Source of the DNA: Cyanophora paradoxa CCMP329
Lineage: Eukaryota; Plantae; Glaucophyta
Assembly: GCA_004431415.1 (NCBI GenBank)
Contig: QPMI01000516.1
Location: 124,001-188,000 of the forward strand
Direction: 5' to 3'
DNA: 64,000 nucleotides
Below the pieces are notes generated by a model. It did no database searches and was not told the DNA's origin. It saw nothing but the letters and a program-made list of their open reading frames with translations. The position numbers were made by a program, and so were the translations under genes. How positions within the stretch are numbered: the first letter of the stretch is position 1; every line of letters starts with the position of its first letter. Below, in pieces: positions 24,401-37,895 of this stretch.

Positions 24401-26125
24401 GGTGTCCCTCGCCGGCTTCGAGGCGCGCCTCGCTGACTTGTCTCGGCGGGTGAGCCGCCAGCCCGACGGCTCTGCTCCGCTCTGTACTGCGAGGTTCCTT
24501 TCCTCACTCGAAGGGGCCGCCGCGCGTGAAGGTCGAGGAGGGGCTGGCGGGCGAGGGGGGCAGGCTCCGGGAGGGGGCGGAGGCCCTCGCCGGGCTCGAG
24601 GCCGGCCTCGCCGACGCCTCCAAGCGGGTGCGGCGGTTCCCCGCGCCTAGCCTAGCTCTAGGCGATATCCGAGTCTCACCTACGGGGCTTGGGCTTGCTG
24701 TCAATTCGAAAGTCAAGGGGGTCGAGGCCTACTAGAAAACTTCACTTGATGGATGTTAGACCGGCGGGCTAAAGGCTTAAGATATAAGGAGAGAAGCGGC
24801 TTCTGACAGCTTCCGTTCCTCTCCTTTCCTGCAGGTGGAGGCCCTCGGGAGCGCGGAGGCTGGCCTGGCGGAGGTGGCGAGGCAGCAGCGGGAGCAGAGT
24901 GCCACCCTCGCCAACCACTGGCAGCGGGCGCGCCCCGCCCCTCGCCACCCCCCCCCCCCCCCCCCCTCCCGCGCCCCCCCCGCGCCCCCCCCCCTCCCCC
25001 CCCCCCCCGAGCCCGAGAGAGACGCACTCGCTTGCCTTAGCTGAATCTTCTTTTTGCAGCTGTTCGACCTGGGCAAGCGGGTGCAGCAGCTTCAGGCGGC
25101 GTCGACGTCCCCGCCGGGCGACGACCGGGCGGGGCGGGGCTCGCCGGGCGCGGCGGGCGAGGGGCGCCTGGCGGCCCTCGAGGCGTCCCTCCAGCGCGCT
25201 CTCCGCGACATCGAAGAGCTCAGGCGAGGGGGGCGGAGCGATCGGGTGCGGCGGTCCCCTCGCCTTGCTCTAGACGTTCTCCGAGCCTCGCCTAATGGGG
25301 CTAGGCATTCTAGAGAACCTAATTATAATGGGGCTAGCTAGATATTCTAAAGCAATGCGATGCGGCCCCTGACATACTTGCATTCCTGTTCATCAGGTGG
25401 AGGCGGCCGCCGCCGCCGAGGTCCAGGCGATCCGCGCCCGCCTGAGCGAGCTGGAGACGGCCGCTTCGAACGGCTCGAACGGCTCGAGCCGCTCCATCTC
25501 GGGCGGCTTCAATTCGAACGGCTCCGACGAGGCCGGCGCGAGGCTCAAGCGGCTCGAGGTGGGCGCCCAGGACACCCCTAGATCGAATCCGTCCAGACCT
25601 TCTAATCCAAGAAATCGATCTAGCTATAGGATGCCTTGGGGGCCTCGGCGGCGGACCTGAACCCCCCCCCCCTCCCCCCCCCCCCTCCTCCTCCTCCTCC
25701 TCGCCCCGTCGCCCCGCAGGGCATCCCTAGAGGGCCTTCTATCTAAAGGCGATCATAATCGAAGATATAGACCGACCTGACCGACCTCCGCCCCCCCCCC
25801 CCCCCCCCCCCCCCTTCCCCCCCAGGTGGGCGTCCAGGACATCTTCGCCCGCCTCCAGGACCACCACCTCAAGCTCGCCGCCAAGGTGCCTAGCATCACT
25901 ATACGAGAATCTAGACAGAGGCCACGCCCGACTAACGAGCAAACACCTCAGGAGGCGCCGCCGGCGCCCGTGTCCCCCTCGCCGGCCTCGCCGCCGGCCG
26001 TCGGGCTCGAGGCAGCGACGGCGCGGCGGCTCGAGGCGAAGGTGGAAGCCCTCGAGGAGGGCTTCGGGCGCCTCACGAAGGCGATCTTCAACCCCGAGGC
26101 CCGCCGCCACGCCCAGCGCTTCTAG
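12429..26125 (+). CDS. Myosin heavy chain, class VI-like: motor, insert-2-like segment, IQ motifs, long Ala/Glu/Arg coiled-coil tail
   Basis: Spliced motifs: [123 protein letters not shown]. About 40 or more introns. Probable 1-nt indels in the tail. Confidence 0.96.
21745..24000 (+). repeat. Coding tandem repeat in the myosin tail: 144-bp (48-aa) units in a 522-bp (174-aa) higher-order repeat
   Basis: Repeated [47 protein letters not shown]. The [16 protein letters not shown]-type block recurs at 22430, 22951 and 23761. Confidence 0.95.
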
Positions 26126-26388
26126 GCACTCTTTTCAGGAGCCCTCTCTCCCCGGGCCCCGGGCCCTTAGATAGCTATAGGGCCCATTGGGGGCAGGCCT
26201 AGAGGCTCAGGCCAGACCCCCGCGATCATTCGCAAAGATGTGGATAGGTCTGAGTCACATGCATGTTTTGCAAGTGAACTGGTTCGGATTCAAAACAGCT
26301 AGGTGCTTGGGTTAATGACATGTACATGGAGGTTCGAAGGCGGGGGGCAAGCTTAAGGAATTCGAAGGCGGGGGGCAAGCTTAAGGGG

Positions 26389-28640
26389 TCACTGGATGGG
26401 GGGGACGTCGTCACGGAACACGACCTTCGTGTCGGGGAGCGCGGAGCGGAGGAACTCGCGCGCCTCGGCGTCCAGAGACTTCGCGGCCCAGTTGAGGAGC
26501 TCGAGCTTCTCGAGGCGGCGCAGGGAGGAGAGGGCCCGGAGCGAGTCGGGGAACCGCAGCGGGAAGTTGTTGATGCACAACTTCTTAAGGCTCGGCAGGT
26601 CCGACCCGATATGCTGCACGGGGCGCGCGGGGCGGTAGTTATATTAAGTGAGCAGGGCGAGGTAGATCTAGAGCCTAGGCCTACCTTGAGAAGCGCAACA
26701 GGAAACCAGACATCACTGACGATGACATCCGGATCCAGCATCGTGTTGCGCACGATGGTAACATCACGAAGTGATTTTAGCGACTCGAGGGGCTCGGAGA
26801 GCCGCCGCAGCACAGATTCCGAGCAGATCAATTTAAGCTCCTGCGCATGCCGAGATGGGGATTAATATTTACGTCTAATTTAATTCCACGCGAGAAAGAA
26901 GCTTGAGGCGCATGCGCAATTTTTGCAAGCTCAATAAAGAAAGCGCATGCTCAGGCGTAGACGTTGGCAGATTAAAATTGAATTTCTACTTAGTAGCAAA
27001 TTGAAGGCTAACGCTGAGTAGTTTGCAGCGTAGTACCTTGAGATGCGTGAGCTGTTGGATGGAAGGAGCGATGACCACGGAATCCGGATCCACAGGCTGA
27101 TCATGGGCTTTTCCATAGAGGCCTAGCTGTAGGCGCTGCAGAACGTGTGCCGAAGCCAGCAACGGAGTGAAATCGCATGCGCTATCGTGGCGCAAGACGT
27201 TCACACTAAGGACGACCAGCGAAGTCATTGGTCGAATGAACTCCAGCGAACTCAAGCAGGCATTCACCGCCAGCTCTGCGCATTGAATCGAAACATTAAC
27301 GTTAATTAAACTAAAGCGACTGATTGTTCGCTAGACGTACTCTTCAAGGAAGTCAACGATGCCAGAGGCTGCACTGCATACTCGGACAAGTTGAACCACG
27401 AAAGAGCGCAGGACGTGCTGAGGGTGCGAAGCGTAAGAGACGTCAATTGGGTGAGCGAGCCGATAGTTCCGAGTGCCGCCACTGGAATCTCAGCCTCTGC
27501 GAGAAGCAAGCTGATTTCAAGGGAGGTGACGGTAGCTGCGCGAACGGTGAACGTTAACGCCCCATGATCAGCGTTGATTGAGATTTTCGAATTCGCCGCA
27601 CCCCTCGACGGCCCCGATACGATGGTCTGCAGCGTGCTGCTTGAGACGGGGAAATTCACCAAATTGAGGCGCTCAAATGACAAGGCGTCAAGGAGTGCCA
27701 GCGAGTCTTGCACGACAGGCGAGGAGATCCTCGCTGCGTTACTCTCAAGCCGCTTGAACGCGATGGAAAGCCGGAGCGAACGGAGGCTGCTGTAGTGCTG
27801 GAGCAACGGAAGAGACGAGAAGGGAATGCTTGTTTGCTCGTGGAAGCCGACGCGAAGCTCCTGCAGCTGACTGCCGAATGCGCGGAACAAAGTTCGGAAG
27901 CCGTTGATCGAGAGGCTGCAGATGCGCACAGTAAGGCTTCGGATGCTGTCCCGCGTCTCCCCTGGCAGCTGCTGGAGGCCTTTCAGAGCGGAGCTGTTGA
28001 GTTTCGAGAGGACTATCTGTTGCCAGAGGCTGGGCTCCTTCGTAAGCGGCCGGAAACGGCGGCTGACCCGCGCGAGCTGTGCGAGCACGCGTGGCTCGGT
28101 CACCCGGTCGCCCCTCTCTCGACAATAACTTGCAGAGAAAAATATGATCTGCACGAGGATATTGTCCGGCATGCGCTCCAGTGCCGAGAGTGTCGCTGTT
28201 TGGAATTGATGATCAGCATCGATATCGTGCACGTGGCCATTGCCCGCCGCGGGAGCGCCCGCGGCCGCATGCGCAGGAGACGATTCCGATGCTGCGGGCA
28301 GAAATGAGCGCATGCGCGAGCGCGAGATTCGCATTCAAGGTCTCAAATTCGAACGCACCGCGGCCGCTTCCGGATCCGAGTGCCGAGATTTCGGATGCGC
28401 CCGAACTTGAGGCCGCGACCGCGGGCGGCGATTCCGACGCTGCAGGGCGGGAATTAGGAGCAAAAGCGCGTCCGAAACCTGCAAATTCACCGTTTCCCGC
28501 GTCCGGTGCCACGAATCCGAGCGCGGCACCGCCAGTGGCCGAGACCGCCGCCGTAGGAGCCGATTCCGGTGCTGCGGGCGGGGAATGAGCGCGGAAAGCG
28601 CAATTCTAGATCGAGAACTCACCGTTTTCCGCGCCCGCAT
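26389..28640 (-). CDS. F-box/LRR protein, multi-exon
   Basis: F-box-like LERMPDNILVQIIFF...LARVSRRFRPLTKEPSLWQQIVL, followed by LRRs (LQELRV, LRSLRLS, LTQLTSLTL, LKKLCI, LRRLEKLELLN). Start may be 28640 or 28334. Confidence 0.85.
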
Positions 28641-29197
28641 CGCCCCTCGCGCGCTTTGACGCGCGTTCAAGTTCTGCCATGTGCCGCCTGGATTTGATTC
28701 GCCGACCGCCGCCTGCTCCCCGAGTCCGTCGCTCACTGCCGGAGCGCTACAATGCGTGGGAGCTTGCTGCTCCGAGCCTGCCGCTCCGAGCCGGCCGCTC
28801 CGGCCCGCTCGACTCCAATGGGTACAGGCGCACAGCGAGCAAGACCGGTTCGACTCCCCGAGCGGAAGTTCGAGAGGTGGTGGGTGTCGACGTCGTAGCG
28901 TTGCAGGCGGCGTCGCAGGGACGCGTCGCGTGCACCGAAAGCACCGGAAGGCTGGCACAAGAGTTGGCGACGCACCGAAAGCACAGGGAGGCGAGGCGCG
29001 ACCTGCCCATCGGCGGAACGCAACCGCCGTGGCGGCGGCAGTAGGTCCGCGCAATGCTTCCACGCCGCTGGAGCGGATTCGGCCGCCGCGCCGGGCCCGC
29101 TAACCGCGCGACACAGGTTGCCGCGTCACGCCACCGGCCGCGCACGAGCGCTCTCGGGGGCCTGGCAGCAGCCGTCGCGGCCGTCTCCGCTGTTGAT

Positions 29198-32162
29198 ATG
29201 ATGGCCGCCGGGATCACGGCCACGGCCGCGGCCGTCGCCCGCGTCCCGTGGACGCGTCTCGGGCCGGCAAGCGTCAGCGAAACCCGCGGCGCGGGCTTCG
29301 TCTCGGCGCTTTCTCGGAGAGCCTTTCGTTCGGCAGCATCCAGCGCCGCATCGGCCGCCGTCCCGGCTTCGGCAAGGCCCTCGCAGCTCCGGCTCGTGGG
29401 ACGCACGAGCGGGCTCCGCCTGAGCGCGGCGGGCGCCCGCGCAGCGGCGGCGAGGCGCTCCGCGTCGAGCTTGAGTGCCGTGGCGCCGCCCGAGGCGGCC
29501 GCGTCACAGCGGAGGCCGGATACGCCGACCAAGAAGCGGCAGCGCCTGGAAGCGCGGGCGGCCGAGGTCGAGCGGCTCGTCGCTCAGAGGCGCCTCGATG
29601 AGGCGTTGGAGCTGCTCGAGAGCGACCGCGTGTGGCTCTCGCTCCGCTGGGTCGCCGAGGCGCTCGCGGAGGCCGGGCGCACCGCTGACGCCATCGCGCT
29701 CGTCGAGCGGTGCGCGCGGGAAAAGGCGACTCCGGCGCACGTGCGGATGGCCTGGTGGCAGATCGGTGAGGCCGCGCCGCCCGCGCGCGCGTCCCGCGTG
29801 CTCTGCTGACGCGCCCGGCGGCAGTGACGGCCCTAACGGAGCGCGGGGGGGCGCGCGAGGCGGCGGAGACCGCCGACGCGATGCTGAGCGCCCTGCGCCA
29901 CCTCGACGCGTCGCGCCTGGTGCACCTGGCGGCGGTGAACGCGCACGCGCGCCTCGCCGAAGAGTCGCGGTGCGCCCCCCGCCGCGCCGACGCTCCGCGC
30001 TCGCTTCACGCCGCGCCGCCGCGCGCGCTGACCGCCGCGCCGCAGCGACGAGGCCGCTCTGGAGCGCGCCCGCGCCCTTCTGGAGGAAGCTGCAGCCGCG
30101 AGCGTCGCGGTTGACGCGACGTACCTCGCCGTGGTGCGCCCGGCCCGGCCCGGCCCGGCCCTTCCGTCGCGCCCCTTCCTCCCTATGGCATCTGAAAGAA
30201 GAGTCCCGTGCAGGTTGGGGCGCTCATGGCGTTCGCGCGGCACGAGGAGGCGATCGGGCTGCTGGCGCGCGCCCCGGCGCCGATGCACTTCCGCCCCGTC
30301 AACCGGGCGCTCCACGCCTGCGCCGAAAGACGCGACTGGCGCGGGGGGTACGCCGTCTGGCAAGCAGCGAGGCGCTCCGGATGCGAGCCGAACCTGCGGC
30401 TCTACGGTGCGCGGCTCCCCGCCCCGCCCGCCGTTTGTCCCCTCGCGGCGCAGCTGACCGCCGCGCCCCGTCCCCACCGCAGCCCGGCTGCTGAGCCTCT
30501 GCCTGGCCTGCGAAGAGGAGGCGGTCCGGGAGCTGGGGCCCGAGCTGAGGGAGCGCGGGCTCCCCGAGGACGCGGACGGCCTCGCGCGGCTCGTGCGGGC
30601 CCTGGCCGAGCGCGACGGCGTCGGCTCCGGCGTCGACGCCGGTTTCTTCTGCACGGCCGTGCGCCCGTCTCCGCCTTGCTTCGCCTCGCTCTGCCCCGCC
30701 TCGCTGACTTGTCTCTTTCCGGCAGGTTGAGTTCTCGGTCGCCGCCGGCCGGCACGAGGCGGCGAGGCGATGGGCCGACGAGGCGCGCGCCGCGGGCGAC
30801 CGGGCGCTGGACGGGTACATCCTTCTGCTGCGGTTCGCGCTGCAGAACCGCTCGGAGGAGCAGGTGCGGGCGTTCTCTCTCGCCCTCAATCCGTCGATCC
30901 CGACTTTTGATCGCCCCAACAGGTGCGGCGCGTCCTTTCGGCGATGGCGTTCGACGATTTTGCGGCGTCCCAAGACCCGAGGTGCGCGCTCCCGTACCCC
31001 CCTCCCCTTCCCCCCCCCTTCCCCTGCGCCGCCGCTCGCCTCACGCCGCCACAGCGATCGGTTCCTGGAGGAGCTCGCCGCGCGCTCGGAGTACACGAAA
31101 TCCCAGCCGCCGCTCGCCGACGCGGTCCGTCCGTGACTCACGCCGCCGCCTCGCCCCCTACCCCCCCCCCTTCCCAACGCTTCGTGCGCAGGCCGAGGCG
31201 CTCTTCTTCGTCGGGCGCTTCGAGGACGCTTTGAGGCTGCTGCGCGCGGCGCGGGACCGCGGATGCGTGCTCCGCCCCGCGCCCTTCGCCACGCTCCTCT
31301 CCCGCCTCGCGGCGAGGAAGCAGTGGAAGTCCGGGCGGACGCTCTGGTCCATGACGGAGGCGCTGCAGGTGCCCCGCACGCCGAGGACCTTCGGTGCGCT
31401 TCCGGCCGCACCCGCCCGCCCGCCCGCCCCTACCGCCGTCCTCCTCCTCTCACCGCCCGGCTGCAGACGCGTTCCTGGCGCTGTGCCTGGCGTGCCAAAA
31501 AGAGGCGCTGGTCGACCTGGCCGACGCGCTGGCGGCCGGCTCGTACTCGGCGGACGCGGCCGGCCTCGCGGCGTACGTGGCGGACCTGGAGCGGAGGGAG
31601 GGCGCCCCCGACGCTGGCGCCGAGTACCCCGCTTCGCCGCTGGCGCCGCCGCCGCCGCCGCCGCCGGAGGAGCCCGAGGACGGAGGAGGCTCCGAGCGCG
31701 CCTCGCCACCGCCGCGGAAGCCGCTGTCGCCCGTCGAGCGGGCGGCCGCGGAGCTGCTTGCTCCGCGGCGGCCCAAGGCGGCCGAGCAGCCGGCCGAGCA
31801 GTCGGAACGGAGAAGCCCTCGGCGAGCGGCGCCGCCGTCGCCTTCTCCTCCTCCCGTCGAGTCGGCGTCCGCTGCGGCGGCGGCGGCACCGGAGCCGCCG
31901 CCGCCACCGCCGCCGCCGCTGCCGTCAGCGCGGGCCGAGCAGGCCGGCCCAGGCCCGCCGCCGAGGAGTCAGCTGCCTTCCTCCGCCTCCGCCTCTGGCT
32001 CCGGCTCCGGGTCGACCCGCCGCTACGCGCTCTCGCTGGACCCTCAACCGCCGCCGCCGCAGCCGCAGCCCCGCACCGCCCCCGCCGTCCCACCCCCCAC
32101 CGCCACATCCGTCGTCTTCGGCCGTCGGGCGAAGGCCGCCAAGGCAGAAGCCGAGACCCCGC

Positions 32163-32197
<35 letters not shown>

Positions 32198-35100
32198 ACC
32201 CCCGCGGTGCCTTTGGAGCGGCTCCTGGAGCAGGGGCGGCTGGACGAGGCGGCGTCGGCGGTGGAGGCCGCCCGCGCGTGGGGCGACCTCCGCCCCGTCG
32301 CCGAGGCGCTGGCCGCCTCGGGCCGCCTAAAACAAGCCGTCGCGGTGCTCAAGCGGAGCCTCCGCGCCGGCGCGCCAGCCGACGCCGTCACGCCGGCCTG
32401 GTGCCACGCCGGTGAGTAATGCAGAGGCGGCCCGCCCCGCCCCACGCCACGCCACGCCCCGCCCGCCCGCTCACGGCCCCTCCTCGGCAGTGATCGCGGG
32501 GAAGACCGCCGGCGGCGGGGCGCGCGAGGCGGCCGCCGCCGCCGACGCGATGCTGAAGGCTCTGCGGCCGCTCCGCGCCTCCCGCGCGCTGGCGTACGCC
32601 TCAGCTGTCGAGGCGCACTCCCAGCTCGCGCAGGAGGCCAAGTGCGACCCATCCCCGCCCTTCCTCACCCGCTCCCTCTCTCCCTTCGGCTCAGCGCCCC
32701 GCAGCGACGCGGCAGCCCTGGAGCGGGCCGGCGCGCTCATGGAGGAAGCCTCGGCCGCCGGCGCCGCGTCCGACTCGCTCTTCGTCGCTCTGGTACCCCC
32801 CGCCCAGCCCGAGGCCGGGGGGGTCGAGGGTGAGCGCGTGGGGCGGCCAGGCCTGCGCGCTGGCGGCGCACGGGAAGCCGGAGGAGGCCGGCATCGTCAT
32901 GCGGCGCGCGCCGGCGCCGGTGCACGCCCGGCCGGTCGTCCGCGCGCTCCACGCCTGCGCCGAGCGGCGGGACTGGCGCGGGGGGTACGTTATTTGGCGC
33001 GCCGCGAGGCGCTCCGGATGCGAGCCGAACCCGCGGATCTTCAGTGCGCCCGCCCTTCCTTCCTTGGCCGCCCCCACCTTACGGATCTGACAAGGGACCG
33101 CCCCGCCCGCCTTGCCCCGCAGCGGCCCTGGCCTCGCTCTGCCTGGCATGCGAGGAGGAGGCGGCGCGGGACCTGGGGACCGAGCTATCCAAGCGGGGCC
33201 TGCCCGCCGACGCCGACGGGCTCGTGGAGCTGATGCGCGCGTGGGCGGAGGACGCCGGTTCCACTCTCGACGCGACCTTTTACGGGACGGTGGTCCGTCC
33301 GCGTCCCCTCCCCCCGCCCGCGCGTCTCTCCTCTGACCTCTGACCTCTTCTCTTCAGATCGTGCACATGGTCGCCGCCGGCCGGCGCAAGGCGGCGAAGC
33401 GCTGGGCCGAAGAGGCGCGCGCCGCCGGCGCCCGGGCCCTGGAGGGGTTCGCCTTCTCCCTCCGGTACGCGCTGGAGAATCGTTCGGAGGAGCAGGTGCG
33501 GGCTTTTTTTTCTCTCTCCCCCTCTACCTCCGTTTTTCTTCGCTTGAGGGCCTTTTTCCGGGGTACAGGTGCGGCGCGTCCTTTCGGCGATGGAGTCGCG
33601 CGGATTCGCGGTATCCCCCGCTCCAAGGTGCCCCCGTCGAGCTCCCGTAGCCGCCTGCGCGCGCCGCCCGCCCCTTTGACCGGCCGCCCGGCCCCGCCCG
33701 GCCCCGCCCCGGCCCCGCCCCTCTCCGCCCGCAGCGTACCCCTCGTGAAAGAGATCGCGCGCATGGACAACACGAAGCCCTACTCGCACCTCGCGGACTT
33801 GGTCAGTCCGCGACTCACGGCGCCGCGATCTCCCCCCCCCCCTCTCTTGACGCTTCGTGCGCAGGCCGAGGCGCTCCTCTTCGCGGGGCGCGGCGCCGAC
33901 GCCTTTGCGCTGCTCCGGGCGGCCCTCAACGCCGGCGTCCTCCTCCGCCCCGTGCCCTTCGCCGCGCTGCTCGCCCGCCTCGCTGCGAGGAAGCAGTGGA
34001 AGTCCGGGCGGACGCTCTGGTCCATGGCCGAGGAGCTGCGGGTGCCCCGCACGCAGAAGACCTTTGGTGCGCCTCCGGCCGCACGCGCCCGCCCCCGCCG
34101 CCGTCCTCTCACCGCCCCGCTGCAGACGCGTTCTTAGCGCTGTGCCTGGCGTGCCGGGAGGAGGCGTTGGTCGACCTGGCCGGCGTGCTGGCCGCCGAGT
34201 CGCTCCCGGCAGACGCGGCCGGCCTCGTCGCGTACGTGGCGGGGCTCGAGCGGAGAGAAGGCGTCCCCGACAGCAAGGCCTGGGCCGGGCCCCGGGCGGC
34301 CCGCGAGCCGAAGGCGGCGGCGGCCGAGTCGGTCGCTGCGCCGCCCACGGCCGCGCAGGCGCCGGCGCGTGCGCCGGAAGCCCAGCCCGCCCCGAGCCGC
34401 GCGGCTCGGGAGCGGGCCGCGGCTCCGGAGCTGCCCCCATACATTTCGGTGCGCCGCGCCTCCCTCCAATCCGCCCGCGCCCTTCCTCCGCCCTCGCCGC
34501 CGCTGACGGCGCCGGCGCCGCAGTGGCGGGACGCGCCGCCCGAGGACAACGGCAGCTCCGATTTCGGCGCAGCGGATGGACTCGCGGATCGGCTGGCGGC
34601 TTCGGCGCGGGACGGGGACGCGGAGGCGGTCCGGAGGGCACTGGAGGAGCTCCGAAGGGACGGCCTCGGCCTCGTCCTGCGCCCCGCCCTCAGCGCCCGC
34701 CTCGCCCGGGTACGCGGAAAGGTTTATTATCTTTATCACTCCGTACCCCCCTCCGAGCGCCCCCGGCAGGAGCTGATGTCGGCCGACCGACCCGCGCGGA
34801 ACGCCCTCGTCATCGCCATGGTAGCCCCCTCTTCCCCCAAGCTCGTATTCCGTCCCGGCCGGATTCGAACCCGCGTCCCCTGCGCAGTCCGACTCCCTAC
34901 TGCTCGCGCATGGCCTGAAGGCCGCTCTTACGTTCCTCCGCGCCTGCTCCCGGTCCGCCCTCGTACCCCCTTGCTCTTTCTTACCTTCGAACGAACTCGT
35001 ACCCCAGGGAGCGCCTGCGTCCGGACGGGTACGTGATCGGCGGGCTCGTCTCGTCTGCTGCGAAGCGGCGGGACTGGCCGGCGGGGTGCGCCTTTTGGGA

Positions 35101-37224
35101 CCTTGCCGACGAGCTCGGGACGCACCGTACCCCCTTCGCCTTCCGTGCGCCGTACCCCCACACACATCAAACGTGAAGCAGACCTTATTTATGTCCCCGC
35201 TCAGAATCGTACCTGAGGCTGTGCCTGGCCTGCGAGGAGGAGGCGGTGCGGGAGCTGGGGCCCGAGCTGAGGGTGCGCGGCCTCCCCGAGGACGCCAACG
35301 GGCTCGCCCGGCGCGTGCTCGACGCCTGCGACGCCGCACGGGTGCGCTTCGACACCATCTCCTTCGGCTTCGTGGTGCGCCGTACCCCTCCCCCGCTTGA
35401 CCCTGTCTCCACCCATTCTGACTCCGCTTCCTCCCGCCCTCAGATCGACCACCTGGCCTCCAGGCAAGCAGCTGATCCGCTGCGGCGAAAGCCTCGCCCG
35501 CGGCCTTTGCCTGAGCCTCTGCTTTCGCCGCAGCGATCGCGTGGCGGCGGCCCGCGAGTGGATTGCCGAGGCGCGCGCCGCGGGCGAGGTACCCCCCCTC
35601 TCCTCCCCCCCCCCCCGGCCCCCCACCCCACCCTTTCCCCTCTTTCTCACCCCTCACCCCCCCCCCCCTCCAGGTGGACCTGGGTACTTACCTGAAGCCG
35701 CTGCGGGCGGCCATCGCCACGCGCGACCTCGACGAGGTACCCCCCCCTCCCCTCCCCTCCCCGCCACCCCCGTTCACCGTTCACCGCCCCCGCCTCATCA
35801 GATCCGGGGCCTGCTGGAGATGATGGAGGAGGATGGGCTGGGGATCGGCCCGGCCTCCTCGCTCCGCACCGTCGAGGTCTGTCCACGGGGGGGGCGGGGG
35901 GCGCAGGGGGCGCCGGGGGCGCAGGGGCGGGGCGGGGCGGGGCGGGCGGCCTTTTAGCTTGTGCCCTCATAGCTTTAGCTCGGGCTGGGGCAAAGGATAG
36001 GTAGGATAGGTATCTTAAGCTAAGGTTGGCTATATAGGACGGATAGGTATCTTCACTCCGCACCGTCAAGGTCCGCGGGGGGGCGCGGGGGGCGCGGGGG
36101 CGGGGCGGCCTCTTAGCCTGCGGCCTCCTTGCTGTTAGCTTGAGTCCGCCCCGGGGCGAAGGGACGTAGGGGCAGGCAGGGCGGGGCGGGGCGGGGCGGG
36201 GCAGCCCCTTAGCTTAGGACCGTATCGGCGCACTGCTTTCAGCAGCACGGCTCTGACGCGTACCCCCCCCCCACCTCCCCAGGCGCTGCAGGGGATGGAC
36301 CGGGCGCTGTTCGCGGCGGCGGTGAAGCGGCTGGCGCTGGCGGGGGCCCTCGTCGGGCGCGCCCGCGACGCCGCCGCCCTCCTCGCCGACTGCCACGCGT
36401 GCGCCCGCTTTGCTTCGCCCCGATCCTAAAAGATTCTGCTTGAGTGCCACGCGTCCGCCCCGCTCCGCCCCAGTCTAGAGCCTAGATACTAGATTCTAGA
36501 TTTTAGAGCCGAGTGCCACGCGTGCGCTCTGCTTTGCTTTGCTTCGCCCCGATCCTAGAGGATCCTAGAGCCCCGGCCCCGAGATCCTAGATTCTAGAGC
36601 CGAGTGCCACGCGTGCGCCCCGCCCGCGCCTCTCGCCCCGCCCCAATACTAGGAGATCCTAGAGCCTATGAGACTCTCTCGGCTAGATCCCAGCGGGCCC
36701 GCCCCGCCCCATCCCGCCCCGCCTCCGCCTCCGCCCCGCCCCGCCCCATCTTCCGTCTTCTGATGCGTTTCCCCTCAATGTCTAACAGGGCGGGTATGGC
36801 GGCGGACGCCGGCCTGCTGGCGCCCCTCCTCCTCGCCTGCGCCGAGCGGGGCCCCGCCGCCTGGGCCGAGGGCCGCGCCGTCTGGCGCCTCGCCCGCGAC
36901 CTGGGCCTGCACTCCGCGGCCCCTGTCGCCCGTGCGCCCGAATTTGATCTGATAGAATCTGATCTGATCTGATCTGATCTGATCCGATCCGATCCGATCC
37001 GATGTGCGTGCAGGGGCGTACGAGCGGCTCTGCGGGGCCTGCCAGGGGGACCCCGCCGCCGCCGCCGACATCGCCGCCGACCTCGGGTGAGCCTCGGCCC
37101 TCCGGTTCTTTCACCGGACTGTAGTCTTTAGATCCTTTCTAAATTACCCCGCCTCCATATTACCGTGTCTTTCACCGAACATGTTTGGATCCGATCCTCC
37201 CGTCTCTTCAGGCTTTCGTCCTGA
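29198..37224 (+). CDS. Large PPR-like helical-repeat protein with internal duplication, probably organelle-targeted
   Basis: Degenerate PPR motifs VNRALHACAERRDWRGGYAVWQAARRSGCEPNLRLY and FATLLSRLAARKQWKSGRTLWSMTEALQVPRTPRTF each occur twice, with a partial third module. Ala/Ser/Arg-rich N-terminus resembles a transit peptide. End at 37090 or 37224. Confidence 0.78.
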
Positions 37225-37895
37225 CGCGGCCGGGCGGGCAGGGCCGCGGGGCTCGAGCCCGCCACCGCCCGGCGGCCCCGCGCGAGCCTCGGCACCCTTG
37301 TCAAGTGAGCCCGGCGTCAACATCCAAGGCCCCGGGCCCCGGGCCCCCTCCGCTCTCTCCCACGGGGTACAGCACCCTCCGCCCCGCTCTTCCCCCTCCC
37401 CCCCTCCGTTCTCTCCCCAGTGTAGCCCCTCCTTTTTAATTTCCCTTCCCATTTAATCCCCCTCCGAAGCTCTTTGCGTCGTATTTGTGTTCGGCGGTCT
37501 CTTTTTCCCTTTCTCAGAGCGTTCGGACCCTCCGTTCTTTTTGTCCGCCGCTTTTGTCATCGACGTCGACAGAGAGAAAAGCCTCAAGCTTGCGCTAGAG
37601 AAGAATCGGCGCGGGGCCGGGTACACGATCGCGAGGGGAAATCAAAGGGAGAATCGAATTCGAAGGCGACCCGCATCGAAGAACCAGCCGCAGCACGGCC
37701 TTGACTCGCGCAGCAGAGCCTCGCGCGCGCCGACGTCGATACCCGCGGCGGCAGCAGAATTTGAATTCTCGAGCTCAGCTGCAGGCGAATTTCTAGAAGA
37801 GGCGGAATTTCAAAGCGGCCATTGAAGATCAAAACACGAAGCTTATTCAATCGAAGCAGACCCGCGACGAGCCGATTGCAGCGTCCGCGACATCA

